Positions 10,000 to 19,089 of a stretch of 64,000 nucleotides of DNA are shown here, piece by piece. Source of the DNA: Saprospiraceae bacterium (GTDB taxonomy: Bacteria > Bacteroidota > Bacteroidia > Chitinophagales > Saprospiraceae). Under the pieces are notes generated by a model that saw only the letters and a list, made by a program, of their open reading frames with translations, was not told the DNA's origin and made no database searches. The stretch is from assembly GCA_041392665.1 (NCBI GenBank), contig JAWKLQ010000031.1, positions 18 to 64,017 of the forward strand. Reading direction: 5' to 3'. A program made the translations under genes and the position numbers. Within the stretch, counting starts at the first letter, position 1, and each line of letters opens with the position of its first letter.

Positions 10000-11112
10000 A
10001 TGTTGCAGTGGCTGAAACAAACTCCCCTCGTACAACAGGGAGAATCGGATAAGGAGATCTGGATCCGACAGGATGCGGCGGAAACCCAGTCATTCCCCAT
10101 GGATCTATACCTGGGGAAGAAGACGGACCTTCTAACTTTAAAGAAGAACATCGTAGAAAGTGTTAAGGAAAAAGTGAAGTATTATCAGGAGTCCAGAAAG
10201 AAGCTGTACGGTGGGGAACACGAAAAGGTGGAAGAATGTCCGGTCACCGGGATCTCCACCGATGATGCTACATTGGTAGCCAATATTTATGGAGCGGAAT
10301 ACGTACAAACGCCGGATACGGGCCATGTATATGTACGAAACCGTCCGACTAAAAGAGCCATCCACGATTTTTATCTCAATGATGTTACCTACGCCGCTAC
10401 CTACACCGATAAATCGGCGGCAGAGTCCCGCTTGAATGCAATTGCGGTACCCTGGTGTGACTGGATGCTGAAAGTATATGAAAAACAGTACGGAAGGCGC
10501 CCCAGGCGCATACTGGACGTTGGTTCCGGTGCCGGGCACTTTGTAGAAGCGTGCCGTAGAGCCGGGCTGGAGGCTGAAGGAATAGAGTTGAGCGAGTCCA
10601 GCCGTCAGTTTGCACGAGACATCTGGGGATTTGAAATGGATGGCCGGGATTTTACTACGGTTACGGATGAATACGAGGGATTTGACGTGGTTACATTCTG
10701 GGGATTGCTGGAGCACACGCCAAATCCCGGAGCTATTTTACAAGCCGCTCATGATGTGGTGGCAAGCAGTGAAGGTGGAATGGTCATATCCAAGTTACCT
10801 CGCTGGAATTCCCTCAGCTCGGCGGCACAGCGTTTAAATCCGGATACCATTATCAGACACATCGATCCGATGGGGCATATCATGCTCTTTACGGATGCAT
10901 CGGCAGCTGAGTTATATATTCGTCATGGATTCAAACCCACTGCTGCCTGGTATTACGGAATGGATGTGTATGAGACGCTCATGCAGGTAGGCCACTTAAC
11001 AAATGCTTATGAAGGCTTCACCGGATCGGGGGCTTTTCAGACGGAGTTGCAACAGTTTGTGGATGAAATGCGTTTTTCTGATGGTATCACTTTAGTGGGT
11101 ATTCCAAAATAG
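10000..11112 (+). CDS. Class I SAM-dependent methyltransferase (glycan modification)
   Basis: ILDVGSGAG motif I, GIELS and FDVVTFWGLLEH; embedded in the NeuB operon. Confidence 0.88.
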   Translation: MLQWLKQTPLVQQGESDKEIWIRQDAAETQSFPMDLYLGKKTDLLTLKKNIVESVKEKVKYYQESRKKLYGGEHEKVEECPVTGISTDDATLVANIYGAEYVQTPDTGHVYVRNRPTKRAIHDFYLNDVTYAATYTDKSAAESRLNAIAVPWCDWMLKVYEKQYGRRPRRILDVGSGAGHFVEACRRAGLEAEGIELSESSRQFARDIWGFEMDGRDFTTVTDEYEGFDVVTFWGLLEHTPNPGAILQAAHDVVASSEGGMVISKLPRWNSLSSAAQRLNPDTIIRHIDPMGHIMLFTDASAAELYIRHGFKPTAAWYYGMDVYETLMQVGHLTNAYEGFTGSGAFQTELQQFVDEMRFSDGITLVGIPK

Positions 11113-11117
11113 AAGCG

Positions 11118-12503
11118 TTGATGGCCTTACTAACCGTCTATATCACTAACTACAACTACGGCAATTACATCCGCAAAGCCATCGAGAGCGTATTCCAGCA
11201 AAGTTTTCAGGATCTGGAACTGCTGATCATCGACGACGGCTCTACGGATGATTCCCGCAATATCATCGAGCAGTATGCCGACCGGGCTAACGTCCTGGTG
11301 ATCTACCAACAAAACAAAGGGCTGAATATTACCAATAATATCGCCCTGCAACTGGCTCGTAGTCGCTACATAATGCGACTGGATGCCGATGATTATCTTA
11401 AGGCGGACGCTCTGGAGAAAATGGTAGAGGTATTGGAGGGGAATCCGGAGATCGGACTGGTATTCCCGGATTACTATCTGGTGGATAAAGACGAGCACAT
11501 CCTGGCGGAAATCAAACGACACGATTTTGATAAAGAAGTAAGCCTGCTGGATCAGCCTGCACACGGAGCCTGTACCATGATCCGCACGGACTTCCTCCGG
11601 AATGTAGGGGGATATGATGAGGCCTATTCGTGTCAGGATGGTTATGAACTCTGGATCAAATTTGCCACGAAATATCCGGTGGCCAATATCCGTGAACCGC
11701 TGTTCTTTTACCGGCAACACGGTGAAAATCTGACTACTAACGAAGAACGTATCCTGGATACACGCCGGACGATCAAACGTGATTTTATCAGTAAGAATGC
11801 ACTGGAATTACCAGTAACTGCCGCGATCATTCCGGTACGGAATACACAGCTAAACGGCAAAGCCCTTCCATTTACTGAATTGGGTGGCAACACACTTCTG
11901 GATATTAAGATCAGATCGGCCCTGAAAAGTCCCTTGATCCGCAGGGTGGTCGTTACCTCTGCTGATGAGCTTGTCGGTAATTACGTGAGCGAACAGTATG
12001 CTGATGAAAAGCGGGTGCTCTTTGTAGAACGCCCGATGAGCCTGGCACGTCACAATGTTTCTCTTACAGGCACTATCCACCATGTACTTGAAGCGCCGGA
12101 TCTGGTACAGGACGCGATTGAGGCAGTTATGATATTGCCAATTGAATTCCCTTTTTTGCGATCGGAAGATATTGAGGATGCTATCAATACCCTGGTCATT
12201 TTTAAAGCCGACTCGGTGATCAGCGTGCGCATCGAGCGGTCTAGTTTTTACCAACATCACGGCGGTGGAATGATCCCTATTTTGGACCAGGAGAAGTTTA
12301 CCAGATTAGAACGGGAAGCCCTTTACAAACACGTAGGAGGTATGACCCTGACTTATGTGGAGAATATCAAAGCGGGCAAAGTTCTGAATGGTAAGGTTGG
12401 ACACGTAGTGGTTGATCAGGCGACATCACTGGGGATCAACTCCGGGTATGAACTGGAGATCGCCCGTTTTTGGTATGAACGATCAGCCAGGGTTATTATT
12501 TAA
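11118..12503 (+). CDS. GT2 glycosyltransferase fused to a C-terminal cytidylyltransferase-fold domain
   Basis: N-terminal ITNYNYG...IIDDGSTD...RLDADD (GT-A DxD). From ~aa 232: AAIIPVRN...VVVTS...VERP..LA...EFPFL, resembling NeuA. Confidence 0.85.
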   Translation: MMALLTVYITNYNYGNYIRKAIESVFQQSFQDLELLIIDDGSTDDSRNIIEQYADRANVLVIYQQNKGLNITNNIALQLARSRYIMRLDADDYLKADALEKMVEVLEGNPEIGLVFPDYYLVDKDEHILAEIKRHDFDKEVSLLDQPAHGACTMIRTDFLRNVGGYDEAYSCQDGYELWIKFATKYPVANIREPLFFYRQHGENLTTNEERILDTRRTIKRDFISKNALELPVTAAIIPVRNTQLNGKALPFTELGGNTLLDIKIRSALKSPLIRRVVVTSADELVGNYVSEQYADEKRVLFVERPMSLARHNVSLTGTIHHVLEAPDLVQDAIEAVMILPIEFPFLRSEDIEDAINTLVIFKADSVISVRIERSSFYQHHGGGMIPILDQEKFTRLEREALYKHVGGMTLTYVENIKAGKVLNGKVGHVVVDQATSLGINSGYELEIARFWYERSARVII

Positions 12504-12544
12504 CGGAGGAATTTAAACGGCTGTGGTTGAGGTTAATGATATGA

Positions 12545-14029
12545 TCAACCGAATATTCTTTTCCAGTTATCATCCAGCGCTTTATTCAATTCAGGTGATA
12601 ATTTCCACCAATAGACCGGACCCAGAAATAACAATGCTACGGCTGTACCCCGATAGAGCATATTGAAAATAGCCGAGGAAGTGGTTGGCAGCCACCAACC
12701 GATCAATGCTGCAACTCCACCGATCAACAATACCCATAGTGTGTTCCAGCTAAAGGGAAACATATCAAATTGCCAGTGTACATAGTAGGTGCGCAGCGCA
12801 TTAAAACTGATCAGTGAGAATGTGGTGGCCATTGCCGCTCCCTCCATACCATAGCGGGGAATAAGGAGAAGATTCAAAGCAATATTGATCAGGCCGAGAA
12901 ACAGAATGAAATATACATTCACCCGGTAACGACTCGAGTACTGGATGATGTAACCGTTGATGCTGGTTCCCATGTCTACGATCCTGCCAATACCCAGAAT
13001 AAGCAGGGCCCAATAGGCATCGAGCAATACCTCACCTTTGGAAGACAACTTGCAAAGATCGGGAAAGTTGATCCCGATCTCTGTCAATAGAAAAACTGCA
13101 GCGATCAGCAGCAACAGAGAAGTTTGCCGGTAGAGGGATTTGATGTGGGTGGTGTCGTTCTTTTGCCAGCTCGAGGCAATGATCGGAGCAGAGATAGTTG
13201 ATATCGATCGATGGGGAATGGCGATGGCCATGGATATGGTAATAGCCAGGCTGTATACACCAGTGTGATACATGTCGTCGAGGCTACCCATCATAAAAGT
13301 ATCCAGTTGTAGGGCCAGCGCACTGCCCAGGCTTCCCAGCATGCTGAAACCGGCGAAATCAGCCATGACTTTCCCATATTCCCAGATCCTGGAATCGGGT
13401 TTCTGGAAGTGCAGTTCGCCCAGTTTACGGAGGTACAGTAATAGGAAAAGGATGATCACCACATAGGCCAGTAAAAAGATCCGGACAACCCAGGTCAGGT
13501 CGATGTATCCGAAATAGAATAACAGGATCAAGGCCGGTACGACGAATTTCAGAAAAAGATCGTGAAAGATGGCCGGCCAGACGATTCGCTGAAAATTGGA
13601 AATGTAGTTGGTTAACATGTTGACCAGGACCAGTTGGTAGGTCAGGGGGATAAAGTACCAGAGAAACCTTGGATCAAAATTGGATTCCGCCTCCCGACTG
13701 GCGTAATAAGCATAGATCTGATCCCAGAAAATTAAGACAAAGAGAACAAACACCAAAAAGGCAGCACTTGCCGCCAGGAAAAGAAAACTAAGGAAACCAT
13801 GATGACCGCCATCTTCCGTCTTGAAGGTAGGAAAAAAGCGAATGGTCAGGTTTTGGATTCCCCAGTTGGCAAGTGGCAGGAAAAGTAGTGCTGCGGATTT
13901 GAGCAACTGCGTATGTCCGTATGCTTCCGGTGCAAGGTTATAAACAAAAACAGTACTCAGCATTCCGATCCCGGCACCGAGATAATTTACCAGACTACTC
14001 TTAATTCCTTGTCTCTGAATGACCCCCAT
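12545..14029 (-). CDS. Wzx/MATE-like polysaccharide flippase
   Basis: 494 aa with ~14 hydrophobic segments; MGVIQRQ start; LNLLLIPRYGMEGAAMAT motif. Confidence 0.9.
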   Translation of the reverse strand: MGVIQRQGIKSSLVNYLGAGIGMLSTVFVYNLAPEAYGHTQLLKSAALLFLPLANWGIQNLTIRFFPTFKTEDGGHHGFLSFLFLAASAAFLVFVLFVLIFWDQIYAYYASREAESNFDPRFLWYFIPLTYQLVLVNMLTNYISNFQRIVWPAIFHDLFLKFVVPALILLFYFGYIDLTWVVRIFLLAYVVIILFLLLYLRKLGELHFQKPDSRIWEYGKVMADFAGFSMLGSLGSALALQLDTFMMGSLDDMYHTGVYSLAITISMAIAIPHRSISTISAPIIASSWQKNDTTHIKSLYRQTSLLLLIAAVFLLTEIGINFPDLCKLSSKGEVLLDAYWALLILGIGRIVDMGTSINGYIIQYSSRYRVNVYFILFLGLINIALNLLLIPRYGMEGAAMATTFSLISFNALRTYYVHWQFDMFPFSWNTLWVLLIGGVAALIGWWLPTTSSAIFNMLYRGTAVALLFLGPVYWWKLSPELNKALDDNWKRIFG

Positions 14030-14075
14030 TGCTTACTTTTGCGGGTACGAAATTAAGCATTATTTTTACCTCCGT

Positions 14076-15149
14076 ATGAGCAAATATCTTTTCGTGGTAC
14101 ACAGCAGCATTACCCTCCGCATGGCGCGGGCCGTTATCCACGAGAATGGATGGGAAAGAGATGATTGCATTTTTTTAAGTGACCGGGGATTTCAGCTTGA
14201 GAGCGAACCGGTTCAGGTGCTGGATATTACGCCTTATTTTATTCGTCCGGTCCGATGGAGGGAAAAGCAGCAATTATTTGAAACCTGCCGAACGAACAGA
14301 AAACAGCTTCAGGCACTGGATGTACTGATCACGTCAAAGATAGGTAGCCCATACCGTCTTTTTATCCCACATACACGGCCTTATGCTTATCTGGCCATGA
14401 TCCGCCATCCACTTTGTCTTCAGTATGCTTTTATTGAGGAAGGTACACTGAGCTACCGGACTGGTTTTTATAATTATGTCCATAATGCTTCAGCGCTGAA
14501 AAGGAAGTTGTTGCAGGGAATAATTCGTTATTGCCTGGGTCCGGGATTCCGGGCTTTCCCTGAATCCTTATCCTTTGATCATCCCAAATATGCCGGATGT
14601 TACGGCATTAGTAAGGATACTTTTCCTACTTTGCCCGACGAAGGAAAACATATTCTGCCACCTCCTTTTGAGCACAGAGAGGATTACGCAGTAATTGAGC
14701 ATTTACTGGTAACCGGCCCCTGGATTGAAAAAGGATATTGCAGCATTTCAGAATACCAAACTATGAAACGGGCTTTGTTTCGCTACTGGATAGGAGAAGG
14801 GATCGCTACCTTATACGTAAAGTTCCATCCGCAGCAATATCACGAACAGATATCTATTCCCGTTTTCAGAGATATTGCAAAAGCTTTTGCGGATAGGATC
14901 CAAGTTATTGAACTTCCTCCGGAAGCAGCACCGGAAGAGATTGCCTACAGCAGTCAGGCGGATTTTTATCTGGCATATAGCAGTACAACCATCTACGCAC
15001 GGCAATTCGGATGCCGGGTATTTTCCTACGCCAAACCCATGAGAGAGAATTGGCCGGCCTTTCGAAATTTTTTCGATCACCTCCCACCGGTGATCACTGA
15101 AAATATGATTTTATTAGATTTTCCTTTACAGTTTGACGGAAATAAATGA
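14076..15149 (+). CDS. Putative GT-B sialyl/nonulosonate transferase (polysialyltransferase-like)
   Basis: FIEEGT (D/E-D/E-G) and YVKFHPQ (HP) motifs. The ORF-track start at 14019 overlaps wzx, so MSKYLF at 14076 is preferred. The last codons and stop lie inside MITE copy 1. Confidence 0.7.
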   Translation: MSKYLFVVHSSITLRMARAVIHENGWERDDCIFLSDRGFQLESEPVQVLDITPYFIRPVRWREKQQLFETCRTNRKQLQALDVLITSKIGSPYRLFIPHTRPYAYLAMIRHPLCLQYAFIEEGTLSYRTGFYNYVHNASALKRKLLQGIIRYCLGPGFRAFPESLSFDHPKYAGCYGISKDTFPTLPDEGKHILPPPFEHREDYAVIEHLLVTGPWIEKGYCSISEYQTMKRALFRYWIGEGIATLYVKFHPQQYHEQISIPVFRDIAKAFADRIQVIELPPEAAPEEIAYSSQADFYLAYSSTTIYARQFGCRVFSYAKPMRENWPAFRNFFDHLPPVITENMILLDFPLQFDGNK

Positions 15150-15258
15150 AACAAATTTTCCTTAAGTTTTTAAAATTTCGAACGCCATCTTCTGATGGTC
15201 AATGGCTTATCGAAATATTGAAAACCTAAATTTGTTTCATTTATTTTTTCTCCGTCAC
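15128..15258 (-). mobile_element. 132-bp MITE, copy 1 (most diverged, 131 bp)
   Basis: Aligns along its full length with the copies at 18929, 24374 and 37371; ends are degenerate (ACAGTTTGAC...CCGTCAC); flanks TTT/GTT are not a clean duplication. Confidence 0.85.
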
Positions 15259-15290
15259 GTTGGAGGATAGAGCTGATTAAAAATAATTGA

Positions 15291-16466
15291 ATGGAAAAAG
15301 TTGTTGCCATTATTCCTGCACTTGAGGATACAGCTGCGGGACAAAATTTTCTAACCCGTCTTTTGTGTGGTCGTCCCCTCATTTTCTGGACGCTGGATGC
15401 CCTGCAGCAATGTCCGAAAGTCAAACAGATCATAGTGGCTACCAATAGTGATACGGCGGCTGCTTCATTGTTCCGGATGGAATTCTCAAAAATGGCAATC
15501 TACCGTACTGAAGCCCCGGATGTGATTAACTACGAGAAAATCGAAACATTACTATTGGAGTACCTTCGTCAGTCCAGACTGGCGAATGACGATATCTTTA
15601 TGTTGGTTGATTATACTTTCCCACTACATACAAGTAATCAATTCGAAGAGGCGCTGGGTCTAATGCACAGTATTGGAGCTTATTCGCTCTTCAGTGCGGT
15701 CCGCAACCGTCATTTTTACTGGACGCACGACGGGATCAGTATCAGTTATAACTACCGGAAACGTCCGTCAAAGGAAGAGCAACACAAAGAATTGCTTGAA
15801 ACGGAAGGTTTTTACTTCAGCAAAGTAGGTAGTTTTATTGCTAATATAAATCGCTTATCCGGTAAGATCGCAGTGTATGAAATGCCCTCTTACACCGCAT
15901 TTCAACTTCGGGAACCCATCGATTGGAAAATAGGTGAGCTTCTGATGCATCAATATCGTATCGATCATTCCAGAGAAGAGGGGTTTGGCCGGGTCAAACT
16001 TGTGGTGTCGGATGTTGATGGGGTCATGACTGACGGCAGTATGTACTATACGGAAAAAGGAGATGAGATCAAACGATTTCATACTTATGACGGCATGGCT
16101 TTTGGATTGATCCGGGAACAAGGGATCAAGACTGCGATCATCACTTCAGAGGATACTCAGATGGTTAATAACCGTGCAAAAAAATTAAAGATCGACTATT
16201 TGTATCAGGGACGACGACATGGTGGGAAACTTGCCGCAATTCAGGATATTTGTGAAAAGGAAGGGATCAGTCTGAGTGATGTAGTGTACATCGGTGATGA
16301 TATCAACTGCCGGGAAGCGCTGAGTGCAGTGGGTTTTGCTTTTTGCCCGGCTAATGCTACGCCGGATATACAGGCTCTGCCTAATATTATCTATCTGGAG
16401 ACGATGGGAGGAAGTGGAGTCGTGCGGGAAGTATATGAAAAATATTTGCGGCCCAGTTTTGAATGA
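15291..16466 (+). CDS. Fusion of a NeuA-like cytidylyltransferase-fold domain and a KdsC/Kdn-9-P-type HAD phosphatase
   Basis: N-half VAIIPA...IIVATNSD...FSAV; C-half SDVDGVMTDG (HAD DxD), IITS, YIGDDIN and GGSGVVRE. Confidence 0.88.
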   Translation: MEKVVAIIPALEDTAAGQNFLTRLLCGRPLIFWTLDALQQCPKVKQIIVATNSDTAAASLFRMEFSKMAIYRTEAPDVINYEKIETLLLEYLRQSRLANDDIFMLVDYTFPLHTSNQFEEALGLMHSIGAYSLFSAVRNRHFYWTHDGISISYNYRKRPSKEEQHKELLETEGFYFSKVGSFIANINRLSGKIAVYEMPSYTAFQLREPIDWKIGELLMHQYRIDHSREEGFGRVKLVVSDVDGVMTDGSMYYTEKGDEIKRFHTYDGMAFGLIREQGIKTAIITSEDTQMVNNRAKKLKIDYLYQGRRHGGKLAAIQDICEKEGISLSDVVYIGDDINCREALSAVGFAFCPANATPDIQALPNIIYLETMGGSGVVREVYEKYLRPSFE

Positions 16467-16540
16467 TGGATTTTGAGCTTTTTCAATTACCTGTACTCGC
16501 TGCTCTAATCCTGAGATTTTCTTAAACCGACTAGATTTCA

Positions 16541-17848
16541 ATGAAAAAAATACAGATCGATAAATCGCGCTCAACAAAGGACATTGCCGATCGGATCAGG
16601 GACCTGTTCCCTATCCATCGTACGCTGGTCAATGATGGCTATCGGATCTCGATGGATCGACTGAAGCAGGAACTGCCATTTGTGGTACACGAGATCCCGA
16701 GCGGAAAGCAGGTATTAGACTGGATTGTCCCGAAATCCTGGAATGTCAAGGTCGCAAGGATCAAAGATCCGGAGGGAAACACATTGATCGATTTTGCCGA
16801 TCACAATTTGCATTTGTCGGCCTATAGCCGGGAATTCAATGGCATCATCAGCCACGAAGAATTATTGTCACATCTAAATTTCCGGGAGGATCTACCGGAA
16901 GCCATTCCCTACAATTTTCACTATTATAAAAGCCACTGGTCGTTCAATCTAAGTTTCGATACCTTCCGGGAAAAATTTATCCACGACGGTTATGAAGTGG
17001 AAATGAAGATCAATGAGTATGATGATTTCCTGCGTATCGGGGAGATTTATCTGCCAGGTGAACGGGAAGAGGAAGTACTGATCACCTCCTATATGTGTCA
17101 TCCATCTATGGTGAATGATAACCTATCCGGGGTAGTGGTCACAACGGAGCTATTTAAATATTTGCAACAGGTAAAAGGATTGAAATATTCTTACCGGCTG
17201 ATCATTATCCCCGAAACCATCGGAGCTATTGCATACCTGGCAGAGTTCCCTGAAAAATGTGAGAAAGTGTTTGCCGGCCTTACCGCTTATTGCTGTGGAG
17301 GTAATGGTAAGTTGCATTACAAGAAAACCTACAGTGGTGAGACAATGATTGACGAAGTGGCAAAGTATTCATTCGATCAGTTTTATCCGGATGTCTCCGT
17401 CATCCTGCCTTTTTGGCCAGGAGGTTCGGACGAACGACAGTTCAATGGCACCGGAGTGCGTATGCCGATGGGGGCCCTCACCCGGATCCCTCCTGCGGAG
17501 TTCAAAGAATATCATACTTCTCTGGATACCCCGGAACTGATCTCTCCGGAAAGCCTGGTAGACACCCTGGAAAATCTAGCCACCATGATTAACGTGTTGG
17601 AAGCCGATAACCTATATGTAAACCATTACAAAGCCGAACCCTGTTTTTCCCGCCATGACATTGCTTACCCCACTTTTCGGGACGCATTGGCCAAATCAGC
17701 CGCCTATATTGTGAAGATCCTGGCCAATGAAGTAGATGGAAGCAATAGTCTGCTCGATATTGCCGTAAAATGGAACATGAACATTTTTGACCTGGCAGAG
17801 ATGGCGAGGGCTTTTGAAAAGGAGGGCTTGATCTCGGTTACGAGATAG
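16541..17848 (+). CDS. DUF4910/DUF2172 aminopeptidase-like (M28-fold) glycan-biosynthesis protein with C-terminal winged helix
   Basis: LFPIHRTL..DG, DWIVPKSWNV, DHNLHLSAYS, YMCHPSMVNDNLSG, GSDERQF, EYHTSLD and NEVDGSNSLLDIA. Confidence 0.88.
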   Translation: MKKIQIDKSRSTKDIADRIRDLFPIHRTLVNDGYRISMDRLKQELPFVVHEIPSGKQVLDWIVPKSWNVKVARIKDPEGNTLIDFADHNLHLSAYSREFNGIISHEELLSHLNFREDLPEAIPYNFHYYKSHWSFNLSFDTFREKFIHDGYEVEMKINEYDDFLRIGEIYLPGEREEEVLITSYMCHPSMVNDNLSGVVVTTELFKYLQQVKGLKYSYRLIIIPETIGAIAYLAEFPEKCEKVFAGLTAYCCGGNGKLHYKKTYSGETMIDEVAKYSFDQFYPDVSVILPFWPGGSDERQFNGTGVRMPMGALTRIPPAEFKEYHTSLDTPELISPESLVDTLENLATMINVLEADNLYVNHYKAEPCFSRHDIAYPTFRDALAKSAAYIVKILANEVDGSNSLLDIAVKWNMNIFDLAEMARAFEKEGLISVTR

Positions 17849-17924
17849 TGATCGTTTAGAACGGTGTTCGTTTGCCCTTGTTTTTGATGAATGGAGTATG
17901 GGGAACGAATAAACCGACGAAACC

Positions 17925-18932
17925 ATGATACCAATGAAAAAATACCTGGAATATCCCGTTTTCATCTGTGGCCACCGTAAGACCGGTACCACGATGCTGG
18001 TGAATTTGTTTGATGGTGCGAAGGATGCAGTCGTGTTTCCTGATGATAGCACTTTTTTCTATATGTATTTCCCCCGCTATGTGGGAGAACGGTTCTCGGT
18101 TGAAGAAAAGCGAGAACGGCTCGCTAATGTGTTGGTAGGGGAGGTGCACCGGAAAAAGATCGCCAAGGCTAATTGCACGGAAGCCGAAAGAGAAAAACTC
18201 ATGGGACAACTGGAGGATTTCCGGGCGGAGATCCTTACCTGGCCGGCTGAAGATTTTGAACTAAAGCAGGTTCTTCCAAAATTTATCGACGGCTACAATC
18301 GCTATTTCCAGCGGGTGGAGCATCCGAAAGTCTGGATCGAAAAAACAACCAGTACGGAGATCTACGCACTGGAATTGCTTGACAATTTCCCAAACGCCAA
18401 ATTCATTCACATCATACGCGATCCTCGTGATAATTGGGGCTCGCTGCTCTCCGGCTGGGAACAGCGCTATAAGGAATACAACGACGAAGTGAATCGCTTA
18501 AAACAAAGCTTGATAGAACGCAGCGGCCTTGGCTTTCAAATGGCTATGGCCAATGAGGATGTAATGGGGAAAGATCGTTATCGCATCGTCCGCTTTGAAG
18601 ATGTCACGGCCGATCCACAGCGCTATATCCGGGAATTGGCCGAATTCATCGGTATCGACTATAGTACGGACCTTTTGTATCCTTCAACATTCGGCTATCG
18701 CTGGGAAGGCAACAACTTTGACGGAGAGAAATTCTCGAAACCTTCTACCGTTAACGTCAATCGCTGGCGGGACCGGATCAGTGAAGCGGATGCCCAACTG
18801 ATCGAATTTCATTTTCGGGAAGCCATGGATCATTTCGGCTACGATCGGGTATTTGACCGGGCGGATTGTATACGGGCTGCTGCTGCCCATTACAAGTGGT
18901 TCAACTTCTCTACACCATTTTCGGCAAAGTGA
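17925..18932 (+). CDS. PAPS-dependent sulfotransferase
   Basis: 5'-PSB loop ICGHRKTGTTML, WIEKT, 3'-PB motif IIRDPRDNWGS and VRFEDV. Start may be 17934. The stop TGA lies inside MITE copy 2. Confidence 0.9.
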   Translation: MIPMKKYLEYPVFICGHRKTGTTMLVNLFDGAKDAVVFPDDSTFFYMYFPRYVGERFSVEEKRERLANVLVGEVHRKKIAKANCTEAEREKLMGQLEDFRAEILTWPAEDFELKQVLPKFIDGYNRYFQRVEHPKVWIEKTTSTEIYALELLDNFPNAKFIHIIRDPRDNWGSLLSGWEQRYKEYNDEVNRLKQSLIERSGLGFQMAMANEDVMGKDRYRIVRFEDVTADPQRYIRELAEFIGIDYSTDLLYPSTFGYRWEGNNFDGEKFSKPSTVNVNRWRDRISEADAQLIEFHFREAMDHFGYDRVFDRADCIRAAAAHYKWFNFSTPFSAK

Positions 18933-19060
18933 CGGGGCAAAAATAAATGAACCAATTTTAGGCTTTTAATATTTTGCTAAGCCATTGACTAACAGGAGAT
19001 GGCGTGCGAAATGTTCAAAACCTACAGAAAAAATTGGTTCATTTATTTCCGTCTAACTAC
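18929..19060 (+). mobile_element. 132-bp MITE, copy 2
   Basis: GTGACGG...AAATAAATGAACCAATT---AATTGGTTCATTTATTT...CTAC, flanked by AAA on both sides (18926-18928, 19061-19063). Confidence 0.9.
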
Positions 19061-19089
19061 AAAGTGTTCTGGGATGAATACTGATCACA

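Noticed and set aside
14019-14075. Head-to-head overlap of wzx and the sialyltransferase-like ORF
   Set aside because: Artefact of the longest-ORF start; the ATG at 14076 gives a normal divergent pair.
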